A stretch of 21,870 nucleotides of DNA from an uncultured Deinococcales bacterium (GTDB taxonomy: Bacteria > Deinococcota > Deinococci > Deinococcales > JAAFIG01), in contig CAXTKV010000035.1 in the NCBI GenBank assembly GCA_964244895.1, positions 11,256 to 33,125 on the forward strand, in the 5' to 3' direction. Below the pieces are notes generated by a model. It did no database searches and was not told the origin of the DNA. It worked only from the letters and a program-made list of their open reading frames with translations. Positions 8,577 to 16,317 of the stretch are shown piece after piece (the first letter of the stretch is position 1; the number at the start of each line of letters is the position of its first letter). The translations under genes and the position numbers were made by a program.

Positions 8577-10715
8577 GTGTTGGAACTGAACCTGCTCGAG
8601 AAGATCCTGTTCATCATCATCGCCTCGGTCTTCGCAAGCTGGGCGGGCGTGTACTTCTACCGCATTTACCGCATGATCGCCCGCGCCAGACCCGACACCG
8701 ACCTGCGCACCGACAACATCGTGAACCGCATCGGTGCGGCGCTCTGGACGACCTTCACGCAGGAACGCGTCTTCCGGGATCGGATCGCCATCAGCGTGCT
8801 GCACAGCTTCATTTTCTTCGGCTTCACGTTCTACATCCTGGTCAACGTGATCGACGGGCTCGAAGGCTTCTTCGGCTGGCGCGTGCCCGCGAATACCTGG
8901 TACGGCACGATCTACAACCTGACCGCCGATGTGCTGACCGGACTCCTGCTGATCGGCCTGATCGCGCTGGTCGCTCGGCGCTTCCTGAGCGCGCGCGGCG
9001 CGAAAACCTTCAGCTTCAACCCGCGCACCCTGCTGCACGAGAACGTCAAGAACGCCAAGATTCCGACCGACAGCCTGATCGTGTCCTCGTTCATTCTGTT
9101 CCACGTCGGCATGCGCCTGTTCGGGCAGGGTTACCGGCTTTTTGAAAGCGGCAGCGCCGATATCTTTCAACCGTTCGCCAGCATCGCCTACGGCATCATC
9201 AGTCTGTCCGACCCCGTGGCCCGCAACGTTCAGGACGGGCTGCACGTCACCTGGTGGGGCGCGCTGGGCAGCATCCTGGTGTTCTTGCCGTACTTCGCGC
9301 GCAGCAAGCACATCCACATCTTCGCCGCGCCGATCAAATACACCTTCGAGCGCCACACGCTTGAAAACGGCGTCAGCAAACCCACCCCTTCCGGCGTGCT
9401 GCCGATGATGACCCTGGAAGGCGAGATGTTCGGGGCGCTCAAGCTCGAGGAACTGCCCTGGCCGCGCATCCTGGACGCCTACGCCTGCATTCAATGCAAC
9501 CGCTGCCAGGACGTTTGCCCGGCCAACGCCACCGGCAAAGCCCTGTCGCCCGCCGCGCTCGAGATCAACAAACGCATGGAATTGAACAGCCTGATCGGAT
9601 CGCCGTTCGAGCTGAAACCCGCCTACCCGGAAGGCACCATCTCGAGCCCTCGCCCACTGCTGGAATTTGCCATCAACGAAGAAAGCGTCTGGGGTTGCAC
9701 CACCTGCGGCGCGTGCATGCAAGTCTGTCCCGTCCAGGACGAACAGATGCTGGATATCATCGACATCCGCCGCGAACGCGTGATGATGGCCGGAGAATTC
9801 CCCAAGCAACTGCAAAACGCCTTCAACGGCATGGAACGCCAGGGCAACCCATGGGGTATTTCCGCCGACAAACGCATGGAATGGGCGGACGGCCTGCGCG
9901 TCCCCACGATCGACCAGAACCCCGAGCCGGACGTGATCTACTGGGTCGGCTGCGCCGCCAGCTACGACCCGAGCGCCCAGAAAGTCGCGCGGGCCTTCGT
10001 GCAGCTTCTGGATCACGCCGGGGTCAACTACGCCGTGCTGGGCAAGAAAGAAAGCTGCACCGGAGACACCGCCCGACGCGCCGGAAACGAATACCTGTAC
10101 CAGCAACTCGCCAGCGCCAACGTGGAAACCCTGAACACCATCAACCCCAAACTGATCGTGGCCACCTGCCCGCACTGCATGAACGCCATCGGCAACGAGT
10201 ACAAGCAACTCGGCGGAAACTACGAAGTGATTCACCACACCACGTACCTGGAACGACTAACCAACGACAAGAAACTCGAGGCGCTGGAATTCAGCACCGG
10301 CAACATCACGTACCACGACCCCTGCTACCTGGGCCGACACAACGGCGTCTACGACGCGCCGCGCGAAACCCTCAAATCCCTCGGACTCGAGATTCTGGAA
10401 CTCGAACGCAACCGCGAAGGCAGCTTCTGCTGCGGCGCGGGCGGTGCGCAATTCTGGAAAGAAGAAGAACCCGGCACGGAACGCGTCAGCGACAACCGGA
10501 TGCGCGAGATCAAGCACACGCTGCGGGCGCAAGATGACGCGGTGGTGGCTGTTGGGTGTCCGTTCTGCAAGAGCATGTTATCCAGTTCACCTGAAGCGCA
10601 GGACAGCGGCGTGCAGATCAAGGACGTGGCGGAACTGGTGCTGGAGAATCTGGAGAAGGGGAGAGCGAAGATTGGCTCGAGCAAGATGGGTGTGGTTGGG
10701 ATCAGCGGGGATTGA
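8577..10715 (+). CDS. Membrane Fe-S oxidoreductase (FadF/HdrD-like: NarI-like membrane domain, 2x[4Fe-4S], 2 CCG domains)
   Basis: Hydrophobic N-terminus with His residues. Motifs CIQCNRCQDVCP, CTTCGACMQVCP, WVGC, ESCTGD, TCPHC, YHDPCYLGR, CCGAGG and GCPFC. Start moved to GTG 8577 by the RBS. Confidence 0.93.
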   Translation: MLELNLLEKILFIIIASVFASWAGVYFYRIYRMIARARPDTDLRTDNIVNRIGAALWTTFTQERVFRDRIAISVLHSFIFFGFTFYILVNVIDGLEGFFGWRVPANTWYGTIYNLTADVLTGLLLIGLIALVARRFLSARGAKTFSFNPRTLLHENVKNAKIPTDSLIVSSFILFHVGMRLFGQGYRLFESGSADIFQPFASIAYGIISLSDPVARNVQDGLHVTWWGALGSILVFLPYFARSKHIHIFAAPIKYTFERHTLENGVSKPTPSGVLPMMTLEGEMFGALKLEELPWPRILDAYACIQCNRCQDVCPANATGKALSPAALEINKRMELNSLIGSPFELKPAYPEGTISSPRPLLEFAINEESVWGCTTCGACMQVCPVQDEQMLDIIDIRRERVMMAGEFPKQLQNAFNGMERQGNPWGISADKRMEWADGLRVPTIDQNPEPDVIYWVGCAASYDPSAQKVARAFVQLLDHAGVNYAVLGKKESCTGDTARRAGNEYLYQQLASANVETLNTINPKLIVATCPHCMNAIGNEYKQLGGNYEVIHHTTYLERLTNDKKLEALEFSTGNITYHDPCYLGRHNGVYDAPRETLKSLGLEILELERNREGSFCCGAGGAQFWKEEEPGTERVSDNRMREIKHTLRAQDDAVVAVGCPFCKSMLSSSPEAQDSGVQIKDVAELVLENLEKGRAKIGSSKMGVVGISGD

Positions 10716-10727
10716 GGTGATTCTCGA

Positions 10728-11060
10728 GTGGATTTAGAAGCCGCGATTCTTCAAGTCCTGAACGAAGTCACGCCGCCGAACAAACGGATCGGCAATCTTG
10801 AATACGACCAAGTTGTAGACACCGAACGCCACCACTACCAGTTGCTTGCCCGAGGTTGGGATCAGGACAAACGCATCCACGGCATCGTGGTTCACATGGA
10901 CATCCGCGACGGGCTGGTGTGGCTCGAGCAGGACAATACCGATTACGGGGTTGCGGAAGCCCTGGTGCGGTTGGGCATTCCGAAAGACAGGATTGTGCTG
11001 GGCTGGCAATTGCAGTTCATGCGGAAGCGCAGCGGGTTTGCAACGGGAGAGACTCCTTGA
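10728..11060 (+). CDS. xisI: XisI family protein
   Basis: DTERHHYQLLARGWDQDKRIHGIVVHMDIRDGLVWLEQDNTDYGVAEALVRLGIPKDRIVLG matches the XisI family pattern. GAGG RBS upstream. Confidence 0.9.
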   Translation: MDLEAAILQVLNEVTPPNKRIGNLEYDQVVDTERHHYQLLARGWDQDKRIHGIVVHMDIRDGLVWLEQDNTDYGVAEALVRLGIPKDRIVLGWQLQFMRKRSGFATGETP

Positions 11061-11123
11061 AGTGCATAGGGTTGACGGTCAAAATCGCTGGCTGTGTCGT
11101 GGAAACCCGAGTACATTGCCAAT

Positions 11124-12188
11124 ATGCTTAGATTCCGCTTCCTGTCTTCGGTGGGTATTTGTCTGGCCCTTTGCTGGTCAGCATTTTCTCAATCCTTTTC
11201 TAGTCTTTCGCAGTTGCCACAAATCCCCCTTGGTTTTGTCGGTAAGGCAAGTTCTATGACCTATAGCAAAGATGGCTTAAACCTGTTCACTATGGGGTAC
11301 AAGACTGTAACTTCTTGGGATCTATCGTCATTTTATGATGTGGCTACATTTGATGACTCATCAGAGTTCTTAAAAAAATTTGCTGTTAGCCCTGATAAAA
11401 AATGGATTGCAGCTTTAACGCTCTCTCCAGATAGCGATACTACTTTGTTTATATGGAATACAGAATCGAAAAAGTTAACTGGGAAAATGCCAATTAAAGA
11501 TCAGTCAGCACAAATGCTTGAATTTTTAGATAATCAAACGCTAATTTTTCACGAAGGTAAAATTAACAAATTAGTTTACTTGAATGTAAAGCAAATGAAA
11601 GTGAAAAAGACATATAAGCTTGTTGGAACAAGTGCAATTTTGAATCACAAGAAGGATCGTATTATCTACTATACCCAAACAGGTATAATGGGAGTCGCGG
11701 TTGAAAATCAACTGGCTATTTCAAATCTAGAAGGCAAAAAACTTGGGAGTTTCGGGCTTTGTAAATCAGGTATTGTTCAAGAATATGGTGATAAACCTAG
11801 TGTAACTGTTGAGGATGACATAGTGGCGGTGACTTGCATAGTTGATGACAAGAAAAATGGCGGTTCAAAACATCGGTTAGAGCTTTACAATCTAAAATTA
11901 GGCAAGATCAAGTATACTTTTGATGAATGCCTGGGACCTTATGGATATTATGAAAGTCTTACATTGAGTCCTTATGGACGATATATGGCTGCATCATGCC
12001 ATTCAGGTTCTGAGCCGCGAACGGAATATGTTTCTCTTTGGGACTTAAGCGGTATGGAGCCAAAACAAACGAAGTTGGAAGCGAAGAAAAGCGACGCGCT
12101 TGCCTTTAGTCCTGATGGAACTACACTGGCTATCGGCTCAGAAAATCACGTGTATTTTTTGAAGCTTGATGTTCCTGACCGAAAGTAG
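11124..12188 (+). CDS. Secreted WD40/beta-propeller protein; AT-rich, probably horizontally acquired
   Basis: Signal peptide MLRFRFLSSVGICLALCWSAFS and repeats YSKDG, VSPDKKWIA, LSPYGRYMA and FSPDGTTLA. Visibly AT-rich. The start at ATG 11124 fits TACATT-N6-ATG. Confidence 0.85.
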   Translation: MLRFRFLSSVGICLALCWSAFSQSFSSLSQLPQIPLGFVGKASSMTYSKDGLNLFTMGYKTVTSWDLSSFYDVATFDDSSEFLKKFAVSPDKKWIAALTLSPDSDTTLFIWNTESKKLTGKMPIKDQSAQMLEFLDNQTLIFHEGKINKLVYLNVKQMKVKKTYKLVGTSAILNHKKDRIIYYTQTGIMGVAVENQLAISNLEGKKLGSFGLCKSGIVQEYGDKPSVTVEDDIVAVTCIVDDKKNGGSKHRLELYNLKLGKIKYTFDECLGPYGYYESLTLSPYGRYMAASCHSGSEPRTEYVSLWDLSGMEPKQTKLEAKKSDALAFSPDGTTLAIGSENHVYFLKLDVPDRK

Positions 12189-12247
12189 GCTATTTTCTCG
12201 AGACGTAGACACGAGTGTCGAGTGTAATCTTTGATGGGGTATGCCTC

Positions 12248-12310
12248 GAGAACACCGCCCAGAGCATCATTTTTCGATTCTCTAGAAAAACCGTGTGGGA
12301 CAGTGTTCTC
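12248..12310. repeat. Palindromic repeat family, degenerate ~57-bp type
   Basis: GAGAACACCGCCCAG...GGGACAGTGTTCTC, with the same AACAC-to-GTGTT span (57 bp) as the copy at 13406. Confidence 0.65.
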
Positions 12311-12484
12311 TCAAACCCGCTCAATCCTCAACCTCGCGTGGCTGTACAACCTCTTGCCGCGTTTCACGGCAATCAGCTTGTCGCGCAGCACTCACTGGTG
12401 TAGCGTGACCTCCTGAATGCCAAGCTGTAACAGATCTTCTGGCTCGAGATGGCAGTATTCCTCGATCAGTACGGCTTGGATCAA
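12311..12484 (-). pseudogene. Excisionase/MerR-like (HTH_17) small DNA-binding protein with an internal stop
   Basis: Manual translation: (M)IQAVLIEEYCHLEPEDLLQLGIQEVTLHQ*VLRDKLIAVKRGKRLYSHARLRIERV. The TGA at 12392-12394 falls where this family typically has Trp (TGG). Confidence 0.6.
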
Positions 12485-12485
12485 G

Positions 12486-12522
12486 GTGTAACAGTTTTAT
12501 CAGTTTTGCCAAACTGTTACAC
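12486..12522. promoter_or_regulatory. Perfect inverted repeat, operator- or recombination-site-like
   Basis: GTGTAACAGTTT-N13-AAACTGTTACAC, between the divergent HTH pseudogene and the phosphoesterase. Confidence 0.55.
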
Positions 12523-12641
12523 TTTCCCAATCTTTATCTCGTTCAGAACAATGTTTCTCGAGACGCTAAAATCCTGTGTAGAACGGTGTTCTTGAGTCAG
12601 AGAGCCAATGTATCACCGCTTTTCGCGGTACAACTTCTTTC

Positions 12642-13364
12642 GTGACTTCCCCTCTTCGCATCTCTGTCCTCTCGGACACGCACGGTTTCCTGCATCCTGA
12701 AGTCCCTGACTTGCTGGCGGGTTCCAACGAAATCTGGCATCTGGGCGATGTGGGTGATTCCAGCATCCTGGATCAACTGGCGGATATCGCCACGTTGCGC
12801 GCGGTCTACGGCAACGCGGACGGTCAGGACGTGCGTTACCAGGCCAGCGCGTCACTGCGGTTCCGCGCGGCTGATCTGGACGTGCTGATGGTTCACGATG
12901 CGGGTTTGCCCAGTTCCGGGTACAACGCGGGCGTCAGGGCGTTGCTCGAGAAGGACGGTCGCCCGGACATCCTGGCGTGCGGTCACACGCACATCACGCG
13001 CGTGGAACGGGATGCGGATGGCACGTTGTACGTCAATCCTGGCGCGTGCGGTCGGTACGGGCCTCAGCGCGTCAAGACGATTTTGCGGTTCACGATCGAT
13101 GGTTCCAGCATCACGAATTTCGAGGTCGTGGAACTCGACACGCGCCCGTCGGAGCGCACAGACGCGCTGACCGTCGCGGAGTTCGCGCGTCGCGCTGGTC
13201 GCAGGGTCTCGCCCAAAGACTTGAACGCCATCGGTCGCGCCGCCAGCCGCGTCAGTCAGGAGCGCGGTTGGCCGATCCTGAAAGAAGAACATCCCCGTTT
13301 CGGGAGCGTCAACGTGTACCTCAAGGAAGCCCTCGAGATCGCGTTGCGCGAAATCCTGGGTTGA
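12642..13364 (+). CDS. YfcE/MJ0936-type metallophosphoesterase with an additional ~67-aa C-terminal domain
   Basis: Motifs SDTHG, HLGDVG, VYGNAD, MVHD, CGHTH and VNPG. The extension is DALTVAEFARRAG...IGRAASRVSQERG...HPRFGSVNVY. Confidence 0.9.
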   Translation: MTSPLRISVLSDTHGFLHPEVPDLLAGSNEIWHLGDVGDSSILDQLADIATLRAVYGNADGQDVRYQASASLRFRAADLDVLMVHDAGLPSSGYNAGVRALLEKDGRPDILACGHTHITRVERDADGTLYVNPGACGRYGPQRVKTILRFTIDGSSITNFEVVELDTRPSERTDALTVAEFARRAGRRVSPKDLNAIGRAASRVSQERGWPILKEEHPRFGSVNVYLKEALEIALREILG

Positions 13365-13398
13365 TTCATGTCCTCCCCTATGAGATAGAAGAGAACGA

Positions 13399-13469
13399 AA
13401 TCAAAAACACCGTCCGGGACGCTATTTCTCGAGCATCAAAGGACGCTGTCTGGGACGGTGTTCTTGATT
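13399..13469. repeat. Palindromic repeat family, ~57-bp composite type, between convergent genes
   Basis: AATCAAAAACACCGTCCGGGACGC...GCTGTCTGGGACGGTGTTCTTGATT. Confidence 0.85.
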
Positions 13470-14098
13470 CAGAGCAAAATTCGTGCCGCGAACCGCACGG
13501 CGTCACCCAACACCTTGCCGATGGGTTGGTTCAGCGCGACGATTGCGATCAACAACAGGAAGCTCGAGCTGGGCGAGTTCAGGTGGGTTCGCAAGCTCTG
13601 CCCGAGCGCGCCGGGCACGATCGCGGCCAGGATTCTGGAACCGTCCAGCGGTGGGATCGGGAAGAGGTTGAATACGGCCAGCACGACGTTCAGGCGGAAT
13701 AACTCGTAGAGCGCCTGGAACGCCCAGTCGGGGATGTTGTCGTCGTAGCGGATCAGCCGCATTGCAATGGCGGATGCGCCGACCAGCACGAGGTTCATGA
13801 CGATGCCCGCGCTCGAGACGATCACCTCGCCGAGCGTGCGGTGGCGGTACAGTTCGGGTCGGGTGCGCACCGATCCGAGCGCGCCGAAGCCGACCAGCAA
13901 GAACATCAAGATGCCGAAGGGCTCGAGGTAGCGCAGGGGATTCCAGGAAAAGCGCCCGTTGACTTTCGGGGTGTCGTCGCCCATCCAAATGGCGGCCCAG
14001 GCGTGACCGTATTCGTGCAATGTGACGGACAGCAGCAACGCCACGACCCACAGGATCGCGGCGGTCGGGTCGTCCTGGAAGCGCTGTAGGACGCTCAC
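13469..14098 (-). CDS. Site-2 protease (peptidase M50), catalytically intact
   Basis: HEYGH, GDDTPKVNGRFSWNP, SAG and FNLFPIPPLDG motifs. Confidence 0.93.
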   Translation of the reverse strand: MSVLQRFQDDPTAAILWVVALLLSVTLHEYGHAWAAIWMGDDTPKVNGRFSWNPLRYLEPFGILMFLLVGFGALGSVRTRPELYRHRTLGEVIVSSAGIVMNLVLVGASAIAMRLIRYDDNIPDWAFQALYELFRLNVVLAVFNLFPIPPLDGSRILAAIVPGALGQSLRTHLNSPSSSFLLLIAIVALNQPIGKVLGDAVRFAARILL

Positions 14099-14104
14099 GG
14101 AGGC

Positions 14105-14761
14105 TTAAAGCCCGATCAGGTTCAAGAGGCTCGAGAGCAAGCTGTAGACCAGCCCGGAGACGAACCCCAGAACGCCCGTGAAGCTCAGCAGGATGAAGAT
14201 CAGCATGAAGCCGAAGGGGTACAGCCGGACGATGAAGCTTTCCATCGTGGCCAGGAACTGGCGTGCGCCGGAGCCGCCGACCGCCGCCAGCGCGGACGCT
14301 CCGGCCATCGGGGGGACGGGGAACAGGAACACGACCGCAATCTGCACGACGAAGATCACGGCGGTCTGAAGTGCGGTGGCCACGATCAGGAATTCGCTGG
14401 GTGCGAAGCGTTGCAGCAATCCAGCCACGACCAGCAGCACGAACGAGAACGCGATCATCCCGAGAGGCCCAGCCAGCCAGACCAGCGCCTCCGGGCCACC
14501 GCGACTGCGAATGTTGCGGGACTGAACGGGAATCTGGTTGGGAATTCCGAAGCCGAGAAGGGCCGCGTAGACCAGCGAGAAGGTGTTCAGGTGGCGTTGG
14601 GGTTCGGTGGACGTGAAACCGCGCAGCTTGGCGGTCGAATCTCCGAACCCGGACGCGGTCAGCGCCTGAGCGATGTTGTGCAGCACCAGCGCAAACAAAA
14701 TCGCGGCCAGCGCGATCAGGTAGACCAGCGGGTTTTGTCCCAGCAGTTGAATAAAGAACAC
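14105..14761 (-). CDS. Site-2 protease paralogue with a degenerate active site
   Basis: Start at GTG 14761 (GGAGG RBS). The M50 scaffold is retained (GDSTAKLRG, WLAGP), but HExxH reads HNIAQ and NxxPxPPLDG reads FLFPVPPMAG. Confidence 0.85.
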   Translation of the reverse strand: MFFIQLLGQNPLVYLIALAAILFALVLHNIAQALTASGFGDSTAKLRGFTSTEPQRHLNTFSLVYAALLGFGIPNQIPVQSRNIRSRGGPEALVWLAGPLGMIAFSFVLLVVAGLLQRFAPSEFLIVATALQTAVIFVVQIAVVFLFPVPPMAGASALAAVGGSGARQFLATMESFIVRLYPFGFMLIFILLSFTGVLGFVSGLVYSLLSSLLNLIGL

Positions 14762-14869
14762 GCGAGAACCTCCGAACGGCTGTGGTGGACGTAGGCTAAC
14801 ATGCGTTTCCGGTGTGATTGCGGGTTGGTAGGTCTGAATAAGGTTGTTCGAGGCGGACGCAGTATATCT

Positions 14870-14898
14870 CGAGTACACCGTCCAGGACGGTGTACTCG
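14870..14898. repeat. Palindromic repeat family, perfect single palindrome
   Basis: CGAGTACACCGTCC-A-GGACGGTGTACTCG, 14-bp arms, in a divergent promoter region. Confidence 0.9.
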
Positions 14899-14968
14899 GC
14901 TTCTCGGGCTCCTTGAATTGCGCGCTGGGCCGTGCATGACACGCGCCGGACTGTGTAAGATGCGCGGC

Positions 14969-15679
14969 GTGAGTCAAGGAAGCATCTTCGAGCGGTTGAA
15001 TGCGGTCCAGGTTCTGGACATCGAACTGGACCGATTGCAGCAGCAAGAGGCGAGCATCCCGGACGACCTGCGCGATTCGCGCGCAGATAAACAGAGGCTC
15101 GAGGGCGTGCTGGCGACCACGCGCGATTCGCACGCGGCGGTGCGGCGTCAGGTCAACGAGGCCGATCTGGAATTGCGCGACCTGACCGCCAAGCGCGAGA
15201 AAGCCCGCACTGATCAGCGCGCCGCGACCAGCGCCAAGGAACAATCGCAGTACGAGAACCTGATCCAGCAGCTGTCCGGGCGGATCGATGAACTCGAGGG
15301 CGATTCCCTGCCGCTGGTCGAACGCATGGAACGCTTGGACGCGGAAGTCAAATCGCTCGAGGCGGAACTGGCGGCGCTCGAGCCGAAGCTGGCGCAGCTG
15401 GAAGGCATGGACGAGGATCGCATCAACGCGCTCCGGGCGGAACACGACGAGAAAATGATCGCCAGGAACGCGCTTTCGGAGGACATCGATTTCAAGGTTC
15501 TGCGCGAGTACGACAGCGTCCGCAAGGCCCGCAAGGGCATCGGGATCGTGACCATCAACGCGGGCAAGTGCGGCGGTTGCAAGATGCAACTCCCCATGAA
15601 CATCGTCCAGCGCGTGCGGGCCGGAACCGCGCCCGTCAAATGCCCATCGTGCGGTCGCATCCTCTGGATGGGCGAGTAA
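14969..15679 (+). CDS. Coiled-coil/C4 zinc-ribbon protein (COG1579; CT398/CdsZ/HP0958-like)
   Basis: Long coiled coil, then YDSVRKARKG, CGGCKMQLP and CPSCGRIL. The start at GTG 14969 fits TAAGAT-N7-GTG; ATG 14960 is the alternative. Confidence 0.92.
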   Translation: MSQGSIFERLNAVQVLDIELDRLQQQEASIPDDLRDSRADKQRLEGVLATTRDSHAAVRRQVNEADLELRDLTAKREKARTDQRAATSAKEQSQYENLIQQLSGRIDELEGDSLPLVERMERLDAEVKSLEAELAALEPKLAQLEGMDEDRINALRAEHDEKMIARNALSEDIDFKVLREYDSVRKARKGIGIVTINAGKCGGCKMQLPMNIVQRVRAGTAPVKCPSCGRILWMGE

Positions 15680-15693
15680 TCCGGGAATCCGCC

Positions 15694-16161
15694 GTGGACG
15701 CGCCCCTGAATGCCGTGGTCGTGCGGCGCGCCGCGCGGCGCGATCTGGGCGCGCTCTTGGATTTGTGCGTGGGCTGGCAGGGCGCGCCCGCATCGCACGA
15801 TCCGGCGCGGGTACAAGAATTGCTCGAGCAGGCGCTCTCGGACGATGACGCGACCTTTTACCTGGCCTTGGAGGGTGAAAACCCGCTCGGTTTCGCGCAC
15901 GTGACCTTTCAGGCGCGCCCCGTGCGCCTGGGTTGGCGCGCCACCATCGAGGAATTGCACGCCCGAGACGGGCTGGAAGGCCGGGTCGAGCGCCCGCTGC
16001 TCGAGGCCATCATCAACGAGTGCCGTTCTCGCGGCGACGTGATCGCGCTGTACTTGCTGACCCAGCCCGACCTGGAACCGCGCCAGTACGATTTCTACGC
16101 CGGGTTGGGTTTCCGCGAGCGCGGGCGCGAGGTCTTGATCTGGAACGGGTCGTTGATCTGA
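15694..16161 (+). CDS. GNAT family N-acetyltransferase
   Basis: Motifs VRRAARRDL, FYLALEGENPLGFA, TIEELHA and FYAGLGF. The acetyl-CoA motif A is atypical (GLEGRVERPLL). The start is inferred just after the upstream stop. Confidence 0.8.
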   Translation: MDAPLNAVVVRRAARRDLGALLDLCVGWQGAPASHDPARVQELLEQALSDDDATFYLALEGENPLGFAHVTFQARPVRLGWRATIEELHARDGLEGRVERPLLEAIINECRSRGDVIALYLLTQPDLEPRQYDFYAGLGFRERGREVLIWNGSLI

Positions 16162-16257
16162 GGCTGGTTTTGCGCCGTCTGTCCCACTGAGGAGTTCGGG
16201 GCGATGGGCTTCGGGGGATGCGCGCCATCCTCGAGTCTCGACGGCGCGGCGTTGGCG

Positions 16258-16311
16258 CGCGAACACCGTCCAGCACGCGAAATTAAGCTTGCGTGCTGGA
16301 CGGTGTTCGCG
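16258..16311. repeat. Palindromic repeat family, long-hairpin type, between convergent genes
   Basis: CGCGAACACCGTCCAGCACGC-N12-GCGTGCTGGACGGTGTTCGCG, perfect 21-bp arms. Confidence 0.92.
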
Positions 16312-16317
16312 GGTTCC

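Noticed and set aside
8559..10238. 559-aa antisense ORF and other long shadow ORFs (e.g. 1884-2828, 9494-10537, 15214-16266, 18910-20088)
   Set aside because: They overlap well-supported genes, have no motifs, and are expected in high-GC DNA.
12392..12394. In-frame TGA as selenocysteine or recoded Trp
   Set aside because: The position corresponds to Trp, not Cys, and TGA is used as a normal stop throughout the window.
12321..12530. 69-aa ORF from the ORF track as a real gene
   Set aside because: It has no motif. A different frame on the same strand gives the HTH-like sequence.
14762..15793. N-terminal extension making a 562-aa M50 ORF
   Set aside because: It is antisense to the zinc-ribbon gene. 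An RBS supports the start at 14761.
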